A stretch of DNA of 64,000 nt from Lama guanicoe (Eukaryota), in NCBI GenBank assembly GCA_013239625.1, contig MU053758.1, positions 3,767,490-3,831,489 of the forward strand. The letters run 5' to 3'. Each line of letters opens with the position of its first letter. Position 1 is the first letter of the stretch. A model generated the notes under the pieces. That model ran no database searches and was not told the origin of the DNA. It saw nothing but the letters and a program-made list of their open reading frames with translations. Below, piece by piece: positions 11,652-29,580 of the stretch. A program made the translations under genes and the position numbers.

Positions 11652-14600
11652 CCCCCAGCTGATGGTGGCACGCCTGGGTGTGCCCTCTGTCTGCCCTGGT
11701 CTCCCTGAGACAGACTCTAATGAGATCTGAGATACGGGAGGTGTCTGGGCTTCTCCAAGCTGCCCCAGGCTCAGCGTCCTTTGGTGACAGCCTGGAGGCA
11801 GCCAGCCTCTCTCCATTGTGTGAAGTAATTTAATGATATTTGGCTGTCAAGAGCACCATAAATCAGCTCTGCTGCCAAAGGGGTGACCTAGATCCTGGAG
11901 TTTGGTGTCCACTGCCCTGACAGTAGATCTGAGATTTAGCCCCTCTGAGACAGAAACTCCCAGGAGCAGAGTCACCTCCTCCTTTGAGGATCATTACTGT
12001 CTGCACCCCTCTCCACTCCCACTTGGGGCCTACTGTGGGTGAGCTAGGACTGGAGTACCAAGGAGTTATGATAGAGGATGGGGGAGCTGCCTGGGTGGGT
12101 AGGGAGACTGGCCCCTGGACTCACAGAGCCCAGTCTGATGGGGAGCCCAGTCCTTGCTCTCAGAGTCTCCAGTCTGATGGAAAGGATGAGTGGCATGGCA
12201 GAAAGACTGAGACACTTACAAAGCAACACACCCCCAGCTTTCTGAAACAGCAAGCAGAGTTCACATGAAGGAGAAGGATTCTGGAGAGAGTAGACTGAAT
12301 AAACGAAGTAACGCTAGTATTAGCTGACCTTCAGGCAGAAAGGCAAGTGGCTCAACTGTCTTGGTTCTTCAGCAGAGCCCAGCAGTGGGTATGGCGTTGA
12401 CCTTTTCCAGGGGCCTAGCCCATGTGGAGCCCTGGGAAGGATGCTGAGATGTGTGACTAATCCTGCCCTCCTGAAATTTACAAGCCCCTGTCCCTGGCAG
12501 AAAGTCCGAGCATATCCTGGTGAGCCAGGCCGCAGGAGCTGTCCAGCACTGCCAGCTCCTCTTTGTATTGGAGGATTGACAGATCTGGGGAGCAGGGCTG
12601 AACATGGGGAAGAGTAGGCATTTATCAAGGGGCCCCTCCAGGTAGGGCTGACACACACTGTCTTTATGGCCCCTGACGTCTCTTCCCGAAGGGGCTTCTC
12701 ATGAGGAAACTAAGGCCAAGGCCCCAGGATTGGGGAGGGTGGGGCTGGGAGGCAGCTCCTTCTCTCTCCAGCCCAACGCTCCCCCAATCCCCTGAGGAGG
12801 GCCGGTTGGTGTGAGCAGAGTCAGCCTCGAGGTTAAGCAGCAGGCACTGGAGCAGATGTGCAGGGATGGCCAGATTGGGGAGGAAGGCCTAGGCCCTCTT
12901 AGCTCATAAAGAAGGGAAGGGAGCTGGCTGTGACCAAGGTTCCCTCCATGCGGGGCAGAGAATCAGCCAGATAAGTCCAAAATTCAGGGGACAACCAGGT
13001 TTGACAGCCAACCCAGAGCACATAAACTGTTAAGTCCTCATCTCACGGGTCCCAAGAGGTGGACGTGGGGAGAGGTCCCCACAGGAAGTCAGCCTTTGCA
13101 GGCAGCTGCAGTGGAATTCTGAGGATTGGGGTCTGCTGCTCTGAGATGAATGAGTTAGGACAAGCCTGTAAGGTGGGAAGTCAAAGAGATGGCTGAAGGC
13201 AGTGACTGATGGGCTTGGAACCAGGGCTGGAAATGGGCCATGTTTCATGAGAGCCAGCTGAGCCGGGGTGCCCAGCAGGGAGCTTCTGGTCAGCCAGGCA
13301 GGTCTCAGATGCCCTGATACAGACAGGCCTTGGTGCTTAGGCTCCCCAGCCATGAATGCATTGGCAGGGAATATACATGCAGTGTCCCAGAGGCGCCACT
13401 TTGCAGGCTGTCCCCTCGCCTGCTCGCCCCCGTTCTGCCTAACCTCTCCTCCATCCAGCTCGGGCACCCAGATCTATCCACCCGGGCACCTCCTAGAAGT
13501 CATTGTTGACCACCCCAGCCTCTCTCTTCTTACCTGTAGCTCTTTTTTTAGTACTTAGCATCTCCTACCTGGAATGACCAGTTATCTTCCTTCATCCCAT
13601 TCATGTTGGGATCTTCCTTCGACCAGACACAGTTGGGCACAGGGACAAGTGGCACAGGTGTAGAGGAGCTCATACTGTCAACGTAGGGCGGGTTGTGGGG
13701 GGTACCAAGACACAATGTGGAAAGTGCAACAGAGCAAAATGCAAAGCCAGAGGGAGAGACTCAGGCAGGCTTCTCAGAGGAGGGGCGCATAGATGGGTCT
13801 CCAAAGAGGAGTAGGAGTTCTCTGGGTAGAAAAGACATAGAGGAACACTTCAACTGGAGGGAGCTGTAAACGTGAGCATTCTCCGAGGTATGCAGGTTGT
13901 ATGGGGGCATGGTATGATTTAGTTAGGGGTCTGGGGAATGGCATGAGATAGGGCTGGAGTGAAAAAGCAAGATGGACCTTCAATGCCAGGATGGTGGATC
14001 CTAACTTTGGGGTGAAGGAAAGTCAGTGATGCTCAGACATGGGTTGGAAAGTCCACTCCACTTCTTGTGCAGAGTCAGAAGGATGGAGAGAGGCAGGGAG
14101 AACAGTGAAGGTGGGGAGTCTGGCTGGGCAGGGTGGTGGCAGGCGCCGAAGGTGTGAGTAAAGAATCAGTGCTGACAGGAGGTGCAGGCGCCTGGGCCCT
14201 GCTTAGGTGCCTAATGTTGGGGCGGACCCACGCGCCACGCCTGCCCTCCCGCCCCCAGCAGCCAGCTACGTGATGACTCAGGGCCCTCCCTCAGCCCCAC
14301 CTGGACTCAATGACAGACAGCAAGTCGGGGGGAGCAGCTGAGAGGTGGGAGGCCAGCGGTGGGGCTCCCATGGCCAGTGGAAGGCTGGCCCTGTCCCCTA
14401 AGTCCCCATCTCCCTGCCTTTGGGGACACCTTGCAGGTGGAACTCCGTGGTTCCTTCCCCATTCCTTTGTATGCCTGAGTCCTTGCAGCCCCTTCCCTCC
14501 CACCGCTCAGCGCTCCAAGGGCACAGCCGCATGCAGATGCTGGCACTGTGGTGCGGGCCGCGGCCTCGCCATGGGGCTGCAGAGGCAGCTGACGCTCCCC

Positions 14601-17600
14601 GGGTCTCAGGCACCAGGGCTTCCTGAGCTGCGCGTGCGCTGTTCTTCATTCACGCTCCGGAGTTTTCCCATGGTGGGTGTTGGAGGTGGACTCACAGGGC
14701 AGCTCCTGAGCCCCAAGAGGATAAGAGAGCGAGCTACGTCACACACCCTAGAAGAAGAAATCACTTGCTCCCGCCAGGGTTCTGTCAGCCTCCCTCATCT
14801 CTGACCCCACCTTGCCCAACCTGTTTCCCTGGGCCAGACATCTCAGGAAAAGGGACAGGATGGCCCCCAGGTGGGTCTGGAGTAGCCCATCAACACCCTC
14901 AGCAAGACCAAGGGGCATGGGCAAGGGAGGGTGGGATGGGGCGGATCTCATAGGTCTCCCCTGAGTCTGGACACCCCAGCCTTGTGTCTGTGAGGACACA
15001 CCTAGCAGAGGACCGGGGCACTGGCTTTGGAACCAGACAAGTCTGAGTCTAAAACCAGGTTCCTCCACTTCCTTGGGGAAAGTTCTTCCCCTCTCCAAAT
15101 CCCAATTTCCTCACTGTAAGTTTGGATTCATCCTTTACTGAGCAACTACCATGCTCCAGGCATTGTCCTAAGTCCTCGAGATGAGGTGATGGACAAGTCA
15201 GACAGTGCCCCTACCTTCTTGGGCCGCTATGGGATAAAACAGACCCTCAAGAATAAATGTGTAATTCAAAACTTGCCCAAGTGCTGTCAGTGGGAAAATG
15301 GGGAGCACATAATGAAGGTATTGCCAGGTTGGGGAGATCAGGGTTGGGGGAGTCTCCCTGAGAAAGAGACACTTGAGTGAAGGGTGAATACAAATGAGCC
15401 AGAAGAAGAGAATCCTGTGGGGGAGGGGGCTGGGGCAGAGCATGTGCAAATGTCCTGAGGTGGGAAAGAGCTCCGTGACTGCAAGGGCAGAAGGCCAACG
15501 TGGCCATAGGGCAGTGAGCTGTCAAGCAAATGATTTGGGTGGTGAAAAATAGTTCTGACCTCACCAGGTTGCTGTGAGGCTTGAAAGAGCTGATATTGTA
15601 AAGCTGGGGGTGTGAGTCTGGCACACAGAGGGACATTTTCCTGACTGTCAGTGGCATTGTGTCTGTCGCTGACTTCCCCTTGGACTGTGTGGACAACTTC
15701 AGTTCACAGCCCCCTCGATAGTAAGTCCATCCTTCTTGTCTGCTGAGCCCGCATTCAGATCAAGGACCTATGCTACATGAGGCCGGGGAGCAGGGCACAC
15801 CAAGATTGGAGGACCATGGTTTCTTCCATCAAGGACCCTCCTGGCCTCCAGGTGAGATTCCCCTTGCTTTGCCTGCCCGTAGTATTTAATATTCAGTGTC
15901 ATTTTATGAGGTAGGTACTAATTTTATAATCGTTTTACAACTGAGCAAATTGAGGCTCAGAGAGGGTAAGTATCTTGGCCACAGTCACAGAGCTAAACGA
16001 GAAGGAGGTGGAGCAGGTCTGTCCTGCAATGAGTAGGAGCTAAGATGGGCACAAGTCCTGAGGCTCCCTCTCCCCACCCCTAGCCTCTTCACTTGGTCTC
16101 TCTCCTTGTGCAGTCTGGCTCAATTCATCCTTAATTTTCCCCACACCTAGAAGAGTAAGCTTCAATAAAAATACATGTGAATGAATGGATGAATGAATGA
16201 ATGAGCCTCACTGCCTATTCCTAGCCCAGTACTTTCACTAGCTTATCTTTCTCTGATTCTGTTTCTGTCTTTTTCTCTGTCTGTTTCTCTCTCTCTATCT
16301 CTCTCTCTGTCAGGACATCGGGACCACCAGGCTCCTGGGCTTCAGACCCCCTTGGGGTTGCCCCCTGTGGTACCTGTGGTAGCTGATGCCTGCTTCCTCT
16401 CATCCCAACCAGGACTAGTTGGCTACATTATCCAAACCAGACCGTCTGCAGCCATGGGGCAGAGCCGCTCACCTGATCAGGTAACCATAGGGAGATATGC
16501 CCCTTGTTGCCTGGAAAGGTCCCTGAACACATTTGAGGTCTTTTCACAATAAAAAATAAAAGAGCCCCCCAGACTCAAGGGGACTCGGAATTTCAAAATG
16601 GACCCTATCCCATAAAACAGCAACCTTGGAGTCAGCTGCAAAAAATTTGTGCTGGTCCTGTTGGGCTTTTAGCTTCATCCTGAGGGACTCCAGAACAGAA
16701 ATGAAGCACAAGCCTGACCAGGAACCGGGGCTGGGCTCAGCCATTTTTCAGTCTGTAGGACCTGAAGCAGGTCCCTGTACCCTGAAGAGGAGGAGGTGGG
16801 AGGAGCCGGCTGCACAGCCCTTTCCACGCTGCCCTTCTCTGTGCTGAGGGCGGGAGAAGATCACTCCTTCCTAATTGCTCTGGGGGAAGTGGAGCCAGAG
16901 GAGCCACGTGGGCGCCCCCAGGACCCTGAGAGGTGGCTCCTGCTGCCCCCACTAGACCATGCTATGGAGTCATTTTCTTGTTTTCCTGTCATTTAGACCT
17001 TGGTGGCAGCGGGGGAGGCGGTCTTGTCTTTGTCGCTGTGAATGACTCAGATCTTTAGTTGGGGACCTGTGGCACCAGGCCCTAGAGACGAGAGCACTGG
17101 TCAGCAGCTGGACCCAAAGTGTTGGCTCCACTCTTCTCAGTGGAGTATGATGGTGGTGGTGGGACACCGGAGAGGTGGGACTCCATGGAGGACCCTGGGA
17201 CAGCTGCCCTGTCTGCCTTCCCTCTAGGGCCCAGCACACAGGGTTAGACCACCTCATAGCACACTGCTTGAATTCCTTGCCTCCCACTTCTGAGCTTGCT
17301 CTCAGCCGGGTGGCCCCCAGGTACACCTTTACCATCAAGCAAGCCCACTGTCCCTCGATTCCCCCCAAACACTCGAGAGGAGAGAAAACTGACCCATCAC
17401 ACCCAGGTCTAAGAAATCTCACGTTTCTGTGTTCCTCTAAAGCAGATCCTCTTTGGGAGTAGAAACTCTAATCTGGCACCTCCTCCAAGGCAGAGTGATG
17501 TCTGGGGATTCTTACGCAGTCCTGAGTATTCCAGACCTCAGTCCTCATCAGTGACTGTGGATATGTTTTGCTCTCTGCCCTCCTGAATGTGGACCACTCC

Positions 17601-19404
17601 CCAGATTCCATGCCACTTGAGTTCATTGCCCAGCTTGGAACATTGGTTCCCCAGGGTCCAGCACCCCTACAAGAATCACACAGTCCCTCCCCTCCAGGGT
17701 CCTACCACTTTTCGGGCCACAAAACCATCCCTCCCACTCTCCTTCAAACTTCCCTCCTCCCTGAACTGTCCCCTCCTACCTCTAAAACTGTCATTCATCT
17801 CCATAATGGTCCACCCTCCCCCAAAGATCACCCTAGATCAACCTTTCTTAGAGTGAAAACTCAGGTAAAATGACATCTCGGAGTTCTAGAACTCTCTTCC
17901 CTGAGGTGAAGATGAGGTCAAAAGAAACCAATGTTACTTCATTCCTTTTCCTAACAACTCATGCTCTTACGCTTCCATTTATAGAGCAGATTATGTGCCA
18001 ACCACGATGATAAAACTCATTCTTGCATGAGATCATTTAATCCTTTGTGGCCTTATGCAGTGAGGGTTTTCTTTCTCCATTTTGCGAAAGAGGACCTTGC
18101 CCAGACTCTTCCGGGTTATTCAGTGTAGGAGCCACAACTCCAAATCAGGATGTCAGATTCCAAAGCCCAGTCTTTTAGCCCTCTTTCCTTCAAAGAGTAA
18201 CTCTTTTCTTTAATCCTAGTCCCACCCTTGACTCCCCCTCAAAGGTTCATTCATGCAGCCAAATGAATGAGCTGTTGAAATTGACATAGTGACTAGTCAA
18301 CTCGTTCCTAGCTCAGGGCAGTGAGCCCTACCTACCTCTGGAATCTCCACTACTCACTCAAGCGATATCCTCCCCTTCCTCCTCCTTTTCCAGCCCCCAC
18401 CCCCCAAAAAAGGAAAAGACACTCCCCACCAGAGGAAGCTCCTACAAACCTGGGTCTTGATGTGCATTCACTCACTGGGTTCCCATATCAACTCCAAGAA
18501 GCAAGAGTTCACCATGCTTACTGGACAAGTGGGGAAACTGAGACTCTCCAAGGTCACAGAGCTAATTCAGAGCAGAGCCAGGGTTGGAAACCAGTCAGTC
18601 TGTTCCTAAAGCCTCCAAAAACGCCCTCATTATGGACAAGAGTCACCATGTATAAGAGGTAGCTCACACAGCATCACTCATAGCCGTGCCCTGAGACTGC
18701 AGCGTGCCAGGCACTGTGCTAGAGGTCTGACATGTGAATCCTCCAGCAAATCCTCACAACAAGTTCCCAGGGTAGGTAGTGTTGTTGTGCCCAACTTACA
18801 GATGTGGAAACTGAGGCTTGGAGATGCTAATCAACTTGCTCTATGTCAACTAAGAGCAGGCAGGATTCAGACCCAGCTCTGGAGACAAGAGCAGGTGGGA
18901 CGGAGGGAGACAAAACTCTCAGCAAAACATAAGAGTTCATGGACCTCCATTGATAAGCTTTAGGAAAGTCAAGAACCTCATGAATTATATGCAAATGTGT
19001 GGGAAGACATCTGTAGCTTTCAATATATTCTCAGAGGAATACCTGAAGACAAACATGTAAGAATCCTTAACCTAGCACAGTGCCTGGCATGCAAAAGGCA
19101 CTCAGTAATATCTGATGAATGAAGGAATAAATAAGTAAATGGATGAGTGACTGAATGAACAAACGTTCCTCCATGCCCCCAGGAGACACCACAAATGACC
19201 TGGTACACACATCTATCTTCTGGGATGATGAAAGCAATCCTGGGACCTGAGCCCAATCCGCCCCCGTGTCCTTTCTCCCAGCACCAGAGGCCGTAGCCAG
19301 ATGCTCTGAGAGCTCCAAGGAGATGCTTCCCCCGCTTTCTCCCCACCTCCACTCCTGACAATGACCAGGCAGATGCAAGAGTTGTGCAACTCAGATAATG
19401 AAGC

Positions 19405-19410
19405 TTTATT
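19405..19410 (-). terminator. KRT14: KRT14 poly(A) signal AATAAA
   Basis: tttatt on the + strand, about 140 nt past the stop codon. Confidence 0.85.
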
Positions 19411-19550
19411 GATTGCTGGGAGGGGCAAGGGTGAAACAGGGCTCAGGTGTGAAGTGCTTGGATGCAGGGAGATGGGAGAGGGGATCCCCCAGTGAAATCT
19501 GTGTCCACATGGTGGGAGTGCTTCCTAGGCCTGAGCAGTGCAGAGCAGCC

Positions 19551-23751
<4,201 letters not shown>

Positions 23752-23843
23752 GATGCCGAGGAGAGAGGTGAGTGAGCGAGCGAGCAAGTCGAAGAGAGAA
23801 GGGAAAGGTGCTCAGGTTGAGTTCGAAAAGGATGCAGGGCTTC

Positions 23844-23849
23844 TTTATA
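23844..23849 (-). promoter_or_regulatory. KRT14: KRT14 TATA box (TATAAA)
   Basis: About 93 nt upstream of the ATG, with a GC box (GGGGCGGG) at about 23860. Confidence 0.85.
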
Positions 23850-24041
23850 CTCCTGGGTAGGGGCGGGCCTGGCATTTTCCATTCCCCTTGGCTTTCGTCA
23901 TCCAGGTGCCAGTGCCAACTCCCAGCCAGATCCCTCCTCTTCGCCGCCTCATCACGTCTGTCATATTTTACTGGAAACTCATTGTTCTGAGTGTTTGGGG
24001 TTTCTTGTCCCGCCAAGTGTGATTCACAGGAGGAGGTGTGG

Positions 24042-24051
24042 GCCTGCAGGC
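24042..24051. promoter_or_regulatory. KRT14: AP-2 (KER1) palindrome GCCTGCAGGC in the KRT14 promoter
   Basis: Exact palindrome about 200 nt upstream of the TATA box, matching the known AP-2 element of the K14 proximal promoter. Confidence 0.75.
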
Positions 24052-26228
24052 TACACTTTCCCTTCAGGGCCCAGCAGCGTGTCTCTCCAGAGCCCACATG
24101 CTGGGCTCAGCCAGGTGGCAGGAGTAGGGCCTCTGTGCACCACAAAGCTAGCAACCTGTTAGTTCCCCATTAACTAGATGGGCCTCTGACATTCACCTAG
24201 GAGAAGCCCACCACTCCAGGTGGCACCTGGCTGGAGGACACCAGCATGGCCAGGTCACACCTCAGCATTACCAACTATAAAATGAGACCCTCCCAAGTCT
24301 GATCTGCTGGGCCTCACTAGGGGTCCTGTCACATCCCTGAAGCATTCTCAACTAGGAGTCAGGTGGCTCAGGTTTACACTTTGACACCCCTAGTAAAGGG
24401 AAATCCAGGTGGCTCCCCCTAGCCCTGGGCACAGACCCTAAGCTCCTCCACACACCTGTGGATGGGTCCATGGCATTGGCTGCTCATTCGGGCCAAGGGC
24501 AGATGGTATTACAGGAGACATTTGGAAAGAGCATGGAGTCAGATTGGGTGCTGGCTCTACCATTTACCCCTGAGTGACCCAGGACCTGACACTTCTCTGG
24601 GTCTCAGCTTGCTCATCTGTAAAGTGGGAGTAAATACCACCCACCCTGCCTACTGCAGACTCAGCTCTGAGAATCCAACATTACAGTGGATGTAGAAGGG
24701 TTTTGTAAGCTGAGTGTGGCATGAAGTCTGGGTAGCATTGGTGTAGCCCAGGCTGAGCCCCAAAGAGGGTGGAATAGAACCCCTGGAACAAGACTGAAAG
24801 GGGCCTTTTTGCTTCCAGCCCCAGATGTCTTCTCAGGCTCCCAGGGCAGCCCCAGTGGGAGGGTCTGGCTCAGGTAACTTTGTTTGAGATGCTTGTGGAG
24901 CTGACCCAAAGGATGTTTGCATTTGGGGGGTGTTGGGGGCAGTGCAGGGACCTGAGAGTGGATTCAAGGGTCCCTGACTACTGAGGCCCCAAGGATCAGG
25001 GGACATTTCCAGGGGTCCATCTGGCTGCCTTGTAGGTTTGTGTATTGGAACCTCAGCTATCCCATGTCTCCCAGACAACCTCCCAAGGCACCCTCTCTGG
25101 CTTCGCCCCACCCTCCCGCCACCCCTCAGCTGCACAGACCCCGGCAGGCATGTCGAGAGGAATGTGGTCGTGTCTGGGGCTGCCTGACGCGTCCCATCTC
25201 CCAAGACAGGCCCCAACAGCCCCCGCTGGAGGCTCCAACACTCCTCCTAAGATCAACTGCTCCCAGAAGGGAAGGGGAGCCTCCCTCTCCCCCCACCCCA
25301 ACCGCCACCAAAGCAGAAGTCAGGGAGCCGCCCTCCCCACACACTCGCCACCGCCACCAGGGCCTAGTAGCCCCGAAGACAATGCTGAGGCAGACACTTG
25401 AGGCTGAGGGCTTCCCAGATCTGCCCGGCTGAGGACGCTCAAGGATGTGAGTAAGCGAGGGCCCCGCCCCGCCCCACTCCGCCCCAACCAACTCTGACAG
25501 ACACTCCTAATCCCCTTCCAGAGGTTGGTCCCCCACCCCAGCCCAGCCCTGCAATTTCCCCAGTGAGAGGCAGCAGGGATTTTTGGCTGAAGGACAAACG
25601 CTTTTGTTAGGAGACATGTTGCTGTCGGCTGTGGGGTGGAGAGGTGAGGGGGGGTGCTCTCCAGAGAAAAATGCAACATCCCAAGGGACTCAGGGAGCGC
25701 AAGAGCCCGACGCCCGCTTCCTCTGTGCCGCCCGCCACCCCGGCTCTCTCCCCGGCAGGGAACCACAGATAGAATCCCTGGAACATGGGACACAGGGAAA
25801 GCTCTTCTTCCCTCTCACTTGAGTCAGTGGGACCCAAAAGAGGCTCCCTCCCTGCCCCTCCTCCAGCCGCCCCAGGAAGGGGGACTGGGGATAAAGGAGG
25901 AGCCTGCGGTGGCGCCTCTTGTGGTTGGTGAATCTCCCTGTACCAGCCTGGGGAGGGGGGGAAACCAATGCCAATGCAAACAGGTGAAGCGGCAGGGCCA
26001 GGCAGCCCCCCACAGAGCCCGCGTTGTGTGCTGAGACCTGGCTGGGCACAGGGGATGGGATCCTAAGGTAGGAGGGGACCTCAGGACAGCCCAGCCTGGG
26101 GACAGAGGCAGAGCCCAGTTGTGCAGAAAGGACCGTCTCTGCCATTTGGAAGGCCCCAGCCTGAGAGGCAAGAAAGGATACACATCAAAATGACTGAAGA
26201 TATGAACATAAGAGAAGTAAAATCCATG

Positions 26229-26756
26229 TGTATTAGTTTCCTGGGATGGTGGTAACATGTTATCAGAAACTTGGTGGTTAAAAACAACAGAAAGTTGGGT
26301 GGGGTGGATATAGCTCAGGGATAGAAGGCATGCTTAGCATGCATGAGGTCTTGGGTTCAACCCCCATTACTTCCATTAAAAACAAACAAACAAACAAAAA
26401 CAGAAAGTCTTCTCTCACAGCTCCTGAGGCCAGAAGTCTAAAATTCAGCTGCCAGCAGCACCCATGAAGGTGCTAGAGGAGAACCTCTCCTTGCCTCTCC
26501 CAGCTTGGCAGCTCCTTGTGTGCCTTGGTTTGTGGCAACAAAACTCCAGTCTCTCTGTCTTCACATGACCATCATCTTTGTGTGTCTCTGTCTATTATAA
26601 GGATGCTCACTGGATTTAGTGCCCACCCCAATCCAGTATGATCGCCATTGGATCCTTCCCATCATGACATCTGCAAAGACCCTATTTCCAAATAAAGTCA
26701 CTTTCTGAGGTTCCAGGTGGACATGAATTTGCAAGGGACACTATTCAACCCACTAC
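26229..26756. mobile_element. MLT1-type solo LTR with a nested SINE
   Basis: Termini tgtattagtttcctg … attcaacccactaca. Confidence 0.75.
26296..26398 (+). mobile_element. Vic-1-like SINE inside the MLT1 LTR
   Basis: tRNA-like head, (AAAC)n tail, target-site duplication aacagaaagt on both sides. Confidence 0.85.
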
Positions 26757-26898
26757 ACCATAGAACAGACCCATAACAACCCACGCTGCAGAAGCAGTGG
26801 TGAAAATTTATTGAAGAGATCGTTGTGATAAGATGTGGGCAGGACAAATCTGGAAGACTTCTGGGAGTCGCTTTTAGTTCAACGTATAAGAGTGCCAG

Positions 26899-27005
26899 AG
26901 GGCTAGGGGTATAGCCCAGTGGTAGAGCATGTGCTTAGCATGCATGAGGTACTGGGTTTAATCCCCATTACCTCCACTAACAAAAAAAATTTTAATTTTT
27001 TTAAA
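26899..27005 (+). mobile_element. Vic-1-like SINE
   Basis: ggggtatagcccagtggtagagcatgtgcttagcatgcatgagg…. Confidence 0.85.
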
Positions 27006-27111
27006 AAGGGCAGCTAGGAAGCACAGGATTCTCAGGTCTCCAATCCATTCCCCCCATCACCCCATTTCCTTCACAAAAGACAACTGCTCTGGGAAAGAGC
27101 TCTCTCTCTCT

Positions 27112-27790
27112 CTCTTTTTTAACATTTTATTTTGAAATAATTTTAGCCTTTCAGAAAAAGTTGCAAAAATTGTACGGAGTTTATGTGTAGCCTTCAACTC
27201 AGCTTCCCCTAATATGAACATATCACAGAAACATTGTACAATGATCAAAACCAATAAATTAACATTGACCCAATACTGGTAATTAACTATAGACTTGACT
27301 TGAAATTTCATCTGTTTTTCCACTAGTGAGCCTTTTCTGTTGCAGGATCCAGTCCAGGATTCTACCCCACTGGTTGTCATGCCTTCTGCAGTCAGTGACA
27401 GCCGCTCAGTCTTTCCTTGTTTTTTAAGACCTTGACCCTTTTGAAGAGCACTGGTCAGTTATTTTCTAAAATATCCCTCAGTTTGGGCTTTTCTGAGATT
27501 TTCTCAGCATCAGATTGAGGCTATGCACTTTGGCAGGAGAACCACAGAAGGGTCCTTGTACCTGCTTCTGTGCATCATTTCAGTCATCTCACATGTACTG
27601 ATGTGTCTCAGGGCCCGTGACTTTGACCTTGTTCATTGGCTAAGGTGGGGTTTGCTAGATTTCTCTACCATAATGTTATTGTTTTTCTCACCGAAACTAA
27701 TAAATACTTTGAGGAAGATACTTGGAGACTATGCAACTTATCCTGTGTGTCCTTAAACTTTCAGCTACAGTTTTCATATCCATCAATGAA
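27112..27790 (-). mobile_element. Old L1M-type 3' fragment, antisense
   Basis: ttttattttgaaataattttag…aaaagttgcaaaa is typical of reversed old L1 3' ends. Confidence 0.6.
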
Positions 27791-29384
27791 AAGGAAGTAC
27801 TGTTGATGCCCACTGGCTTAAGAGCCTCATTTAGTCAGACTTCTTGAGGGATGCTGGCTTTTAGGAGAGACTTGGCAGGGCAGGGAGGTGGGGAGGGGCA
27901 GGTACAGGCTCGAGAAAGAACTCTTTCTCCCTCTCTTGCCCAGCCCCAAAACTAGACTGGGCCTCCTCAAATCCTCTCTATATCCTAAGGTGTTCCCATT
28001 CCTCTCCCCTTGAAGGGATGCCAAGTGTTCCTCTAGATGTCTAGAGTCTTTTCCTAGGCCCCTGCCATCCTTGGGAGAAAGGAGGGGACAGTCAGGGGCC
28101 TCCCCATGCCACAGGTAGGAAGTCTGAGGTCCAGAGAGGCTCACAGTCAAGTGACCAGTTGGCGCCCTCGTTATGATTCTCAGACTGCCCCACCCTCACC
28201 CCCAGGGTCTGCCCAGGGCTGGGCTTCTCTCCTCCTGGAAGAGTCCTGTGTCCCCTGCCCTCCTTTCCCTGTCTCTCTACACCCTCCCCCACCAACCCCT
28301 TCACTTTTCCCATCCCTCTCCTCGCCAGTCTCGGCCACCTGTACACAGCATGGTAAAGTCTCCCAGAGCCGAGGGCTGTCCATTCTAGGAATAGAAGCTG
28401 ACACTTGAAGTGACCTGGACCTCAGCCTCTGTCACCAGAAAGGCAGGGCCAACACAGGGCCAGGGAGAGGGCTGGCAGGTAAGATGGCAGGCTCAGGAGG
28501 CAATTGGGAGCCCAGAGCACCTGGGTCCCCTTTCCCCTAGAAAGCTCTGCCACCCGCTGGTTTCCCAAGCCAGCCTGCCCGCCTGGGCCAAGCATCCTGG
28601 AAGAACCCAGGCTGACACAACAGATGGGCTGCGCCAAGTGTTTCAGTGTCCATGGGCCCGTCTGAGCCTGCCCGCTGCTAAAGCCAATAGAACTGAGGTT
28701 GACCATCCCACATTAGAGATGCAGAAGGTTCAGAGGTTGAGGACACTTCCAAGAGTCCACATCAAGGCAGCTGCTCAGCCAGGATTTAATCCCAGCTCCA
28801 CCTGGGCTGCAAGCCTCACTTTTCAAAGACAGGTCCCCTCCTGAAGGTCCCCAAAAGTCAGAGCCAGAAAGGTCCTCAGGGGTCACTAGACCAGCCTCTT
28901 AACTTTACAGATGGGGAAACTGGGGCCCAGGGAGGGGAAGGGTCATGTCCAATGTCCCACAGCAGAACATGCTTTGAAAGTGCCAGATGTTTAATTGTCA
29001 CCCAGAACCTGAGCTAGGCAGGGTGAGAATGTGTGGGCCGAAAAGCACTGTGTCTGCACCCCAGAATCACACTCGGATTGTTAAGAACATGAACAACAGC
29101 AAGGACTCATTAACCCTCTGTGTGTTCCCTGTTCAGGAAAAACAAGGCTTAAGTTCTCCAGTCAATTATCCTTGATGCCCAGAGCAAACTGATCTCCACC
29201 CCAACAGCCTGGTTGCCTCACTGACCCCCTACATCCGCACCCATCTTTCAGTCTCTGCCTGAATTTCCACTTCTGTCTTCTCTTTCTGTGCAAATCCCTC
29301 ACTCTTTAAGGCCGAGCCTTAGTTCAACAGACAGATTTGATATATGATTTCTGCAGACTCTGTGGCATAAAGCAGATGCTCAAT

Positions 29385-29580
29385 GAAAGAAGGAAGAGGA
29401 GAGAGGGACAAGGAAGGGAGGAAGAGAGGAAAGGGAAGATGGTAAGGAAATGTGGAAGTATGGATGAATGGATGAATGGGCAGTTGAGTCAGCAGATGGA
29501 TAGATGGAATGAAGGATAACGGATGGATAAATAGAAGAATGGATGGTGATGGATGGTGGGTGGGTGGGTAGGTGGGTGGG
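29385..29580. repeat. Purine-rich / (GGAT)n low-complexity tract
   Basis: Degenerate GGAA, GGAT and GGGT repeats. Confidence 0.8.

Noticed and set aside
12663..12680. Adjacent HOX-like (TTTATGG) and CRE-like (TGACGTC) motifs upstream of KRT9
   Set aside because: Short motifs like these are expected by chance, and I have no conservation data to support them.
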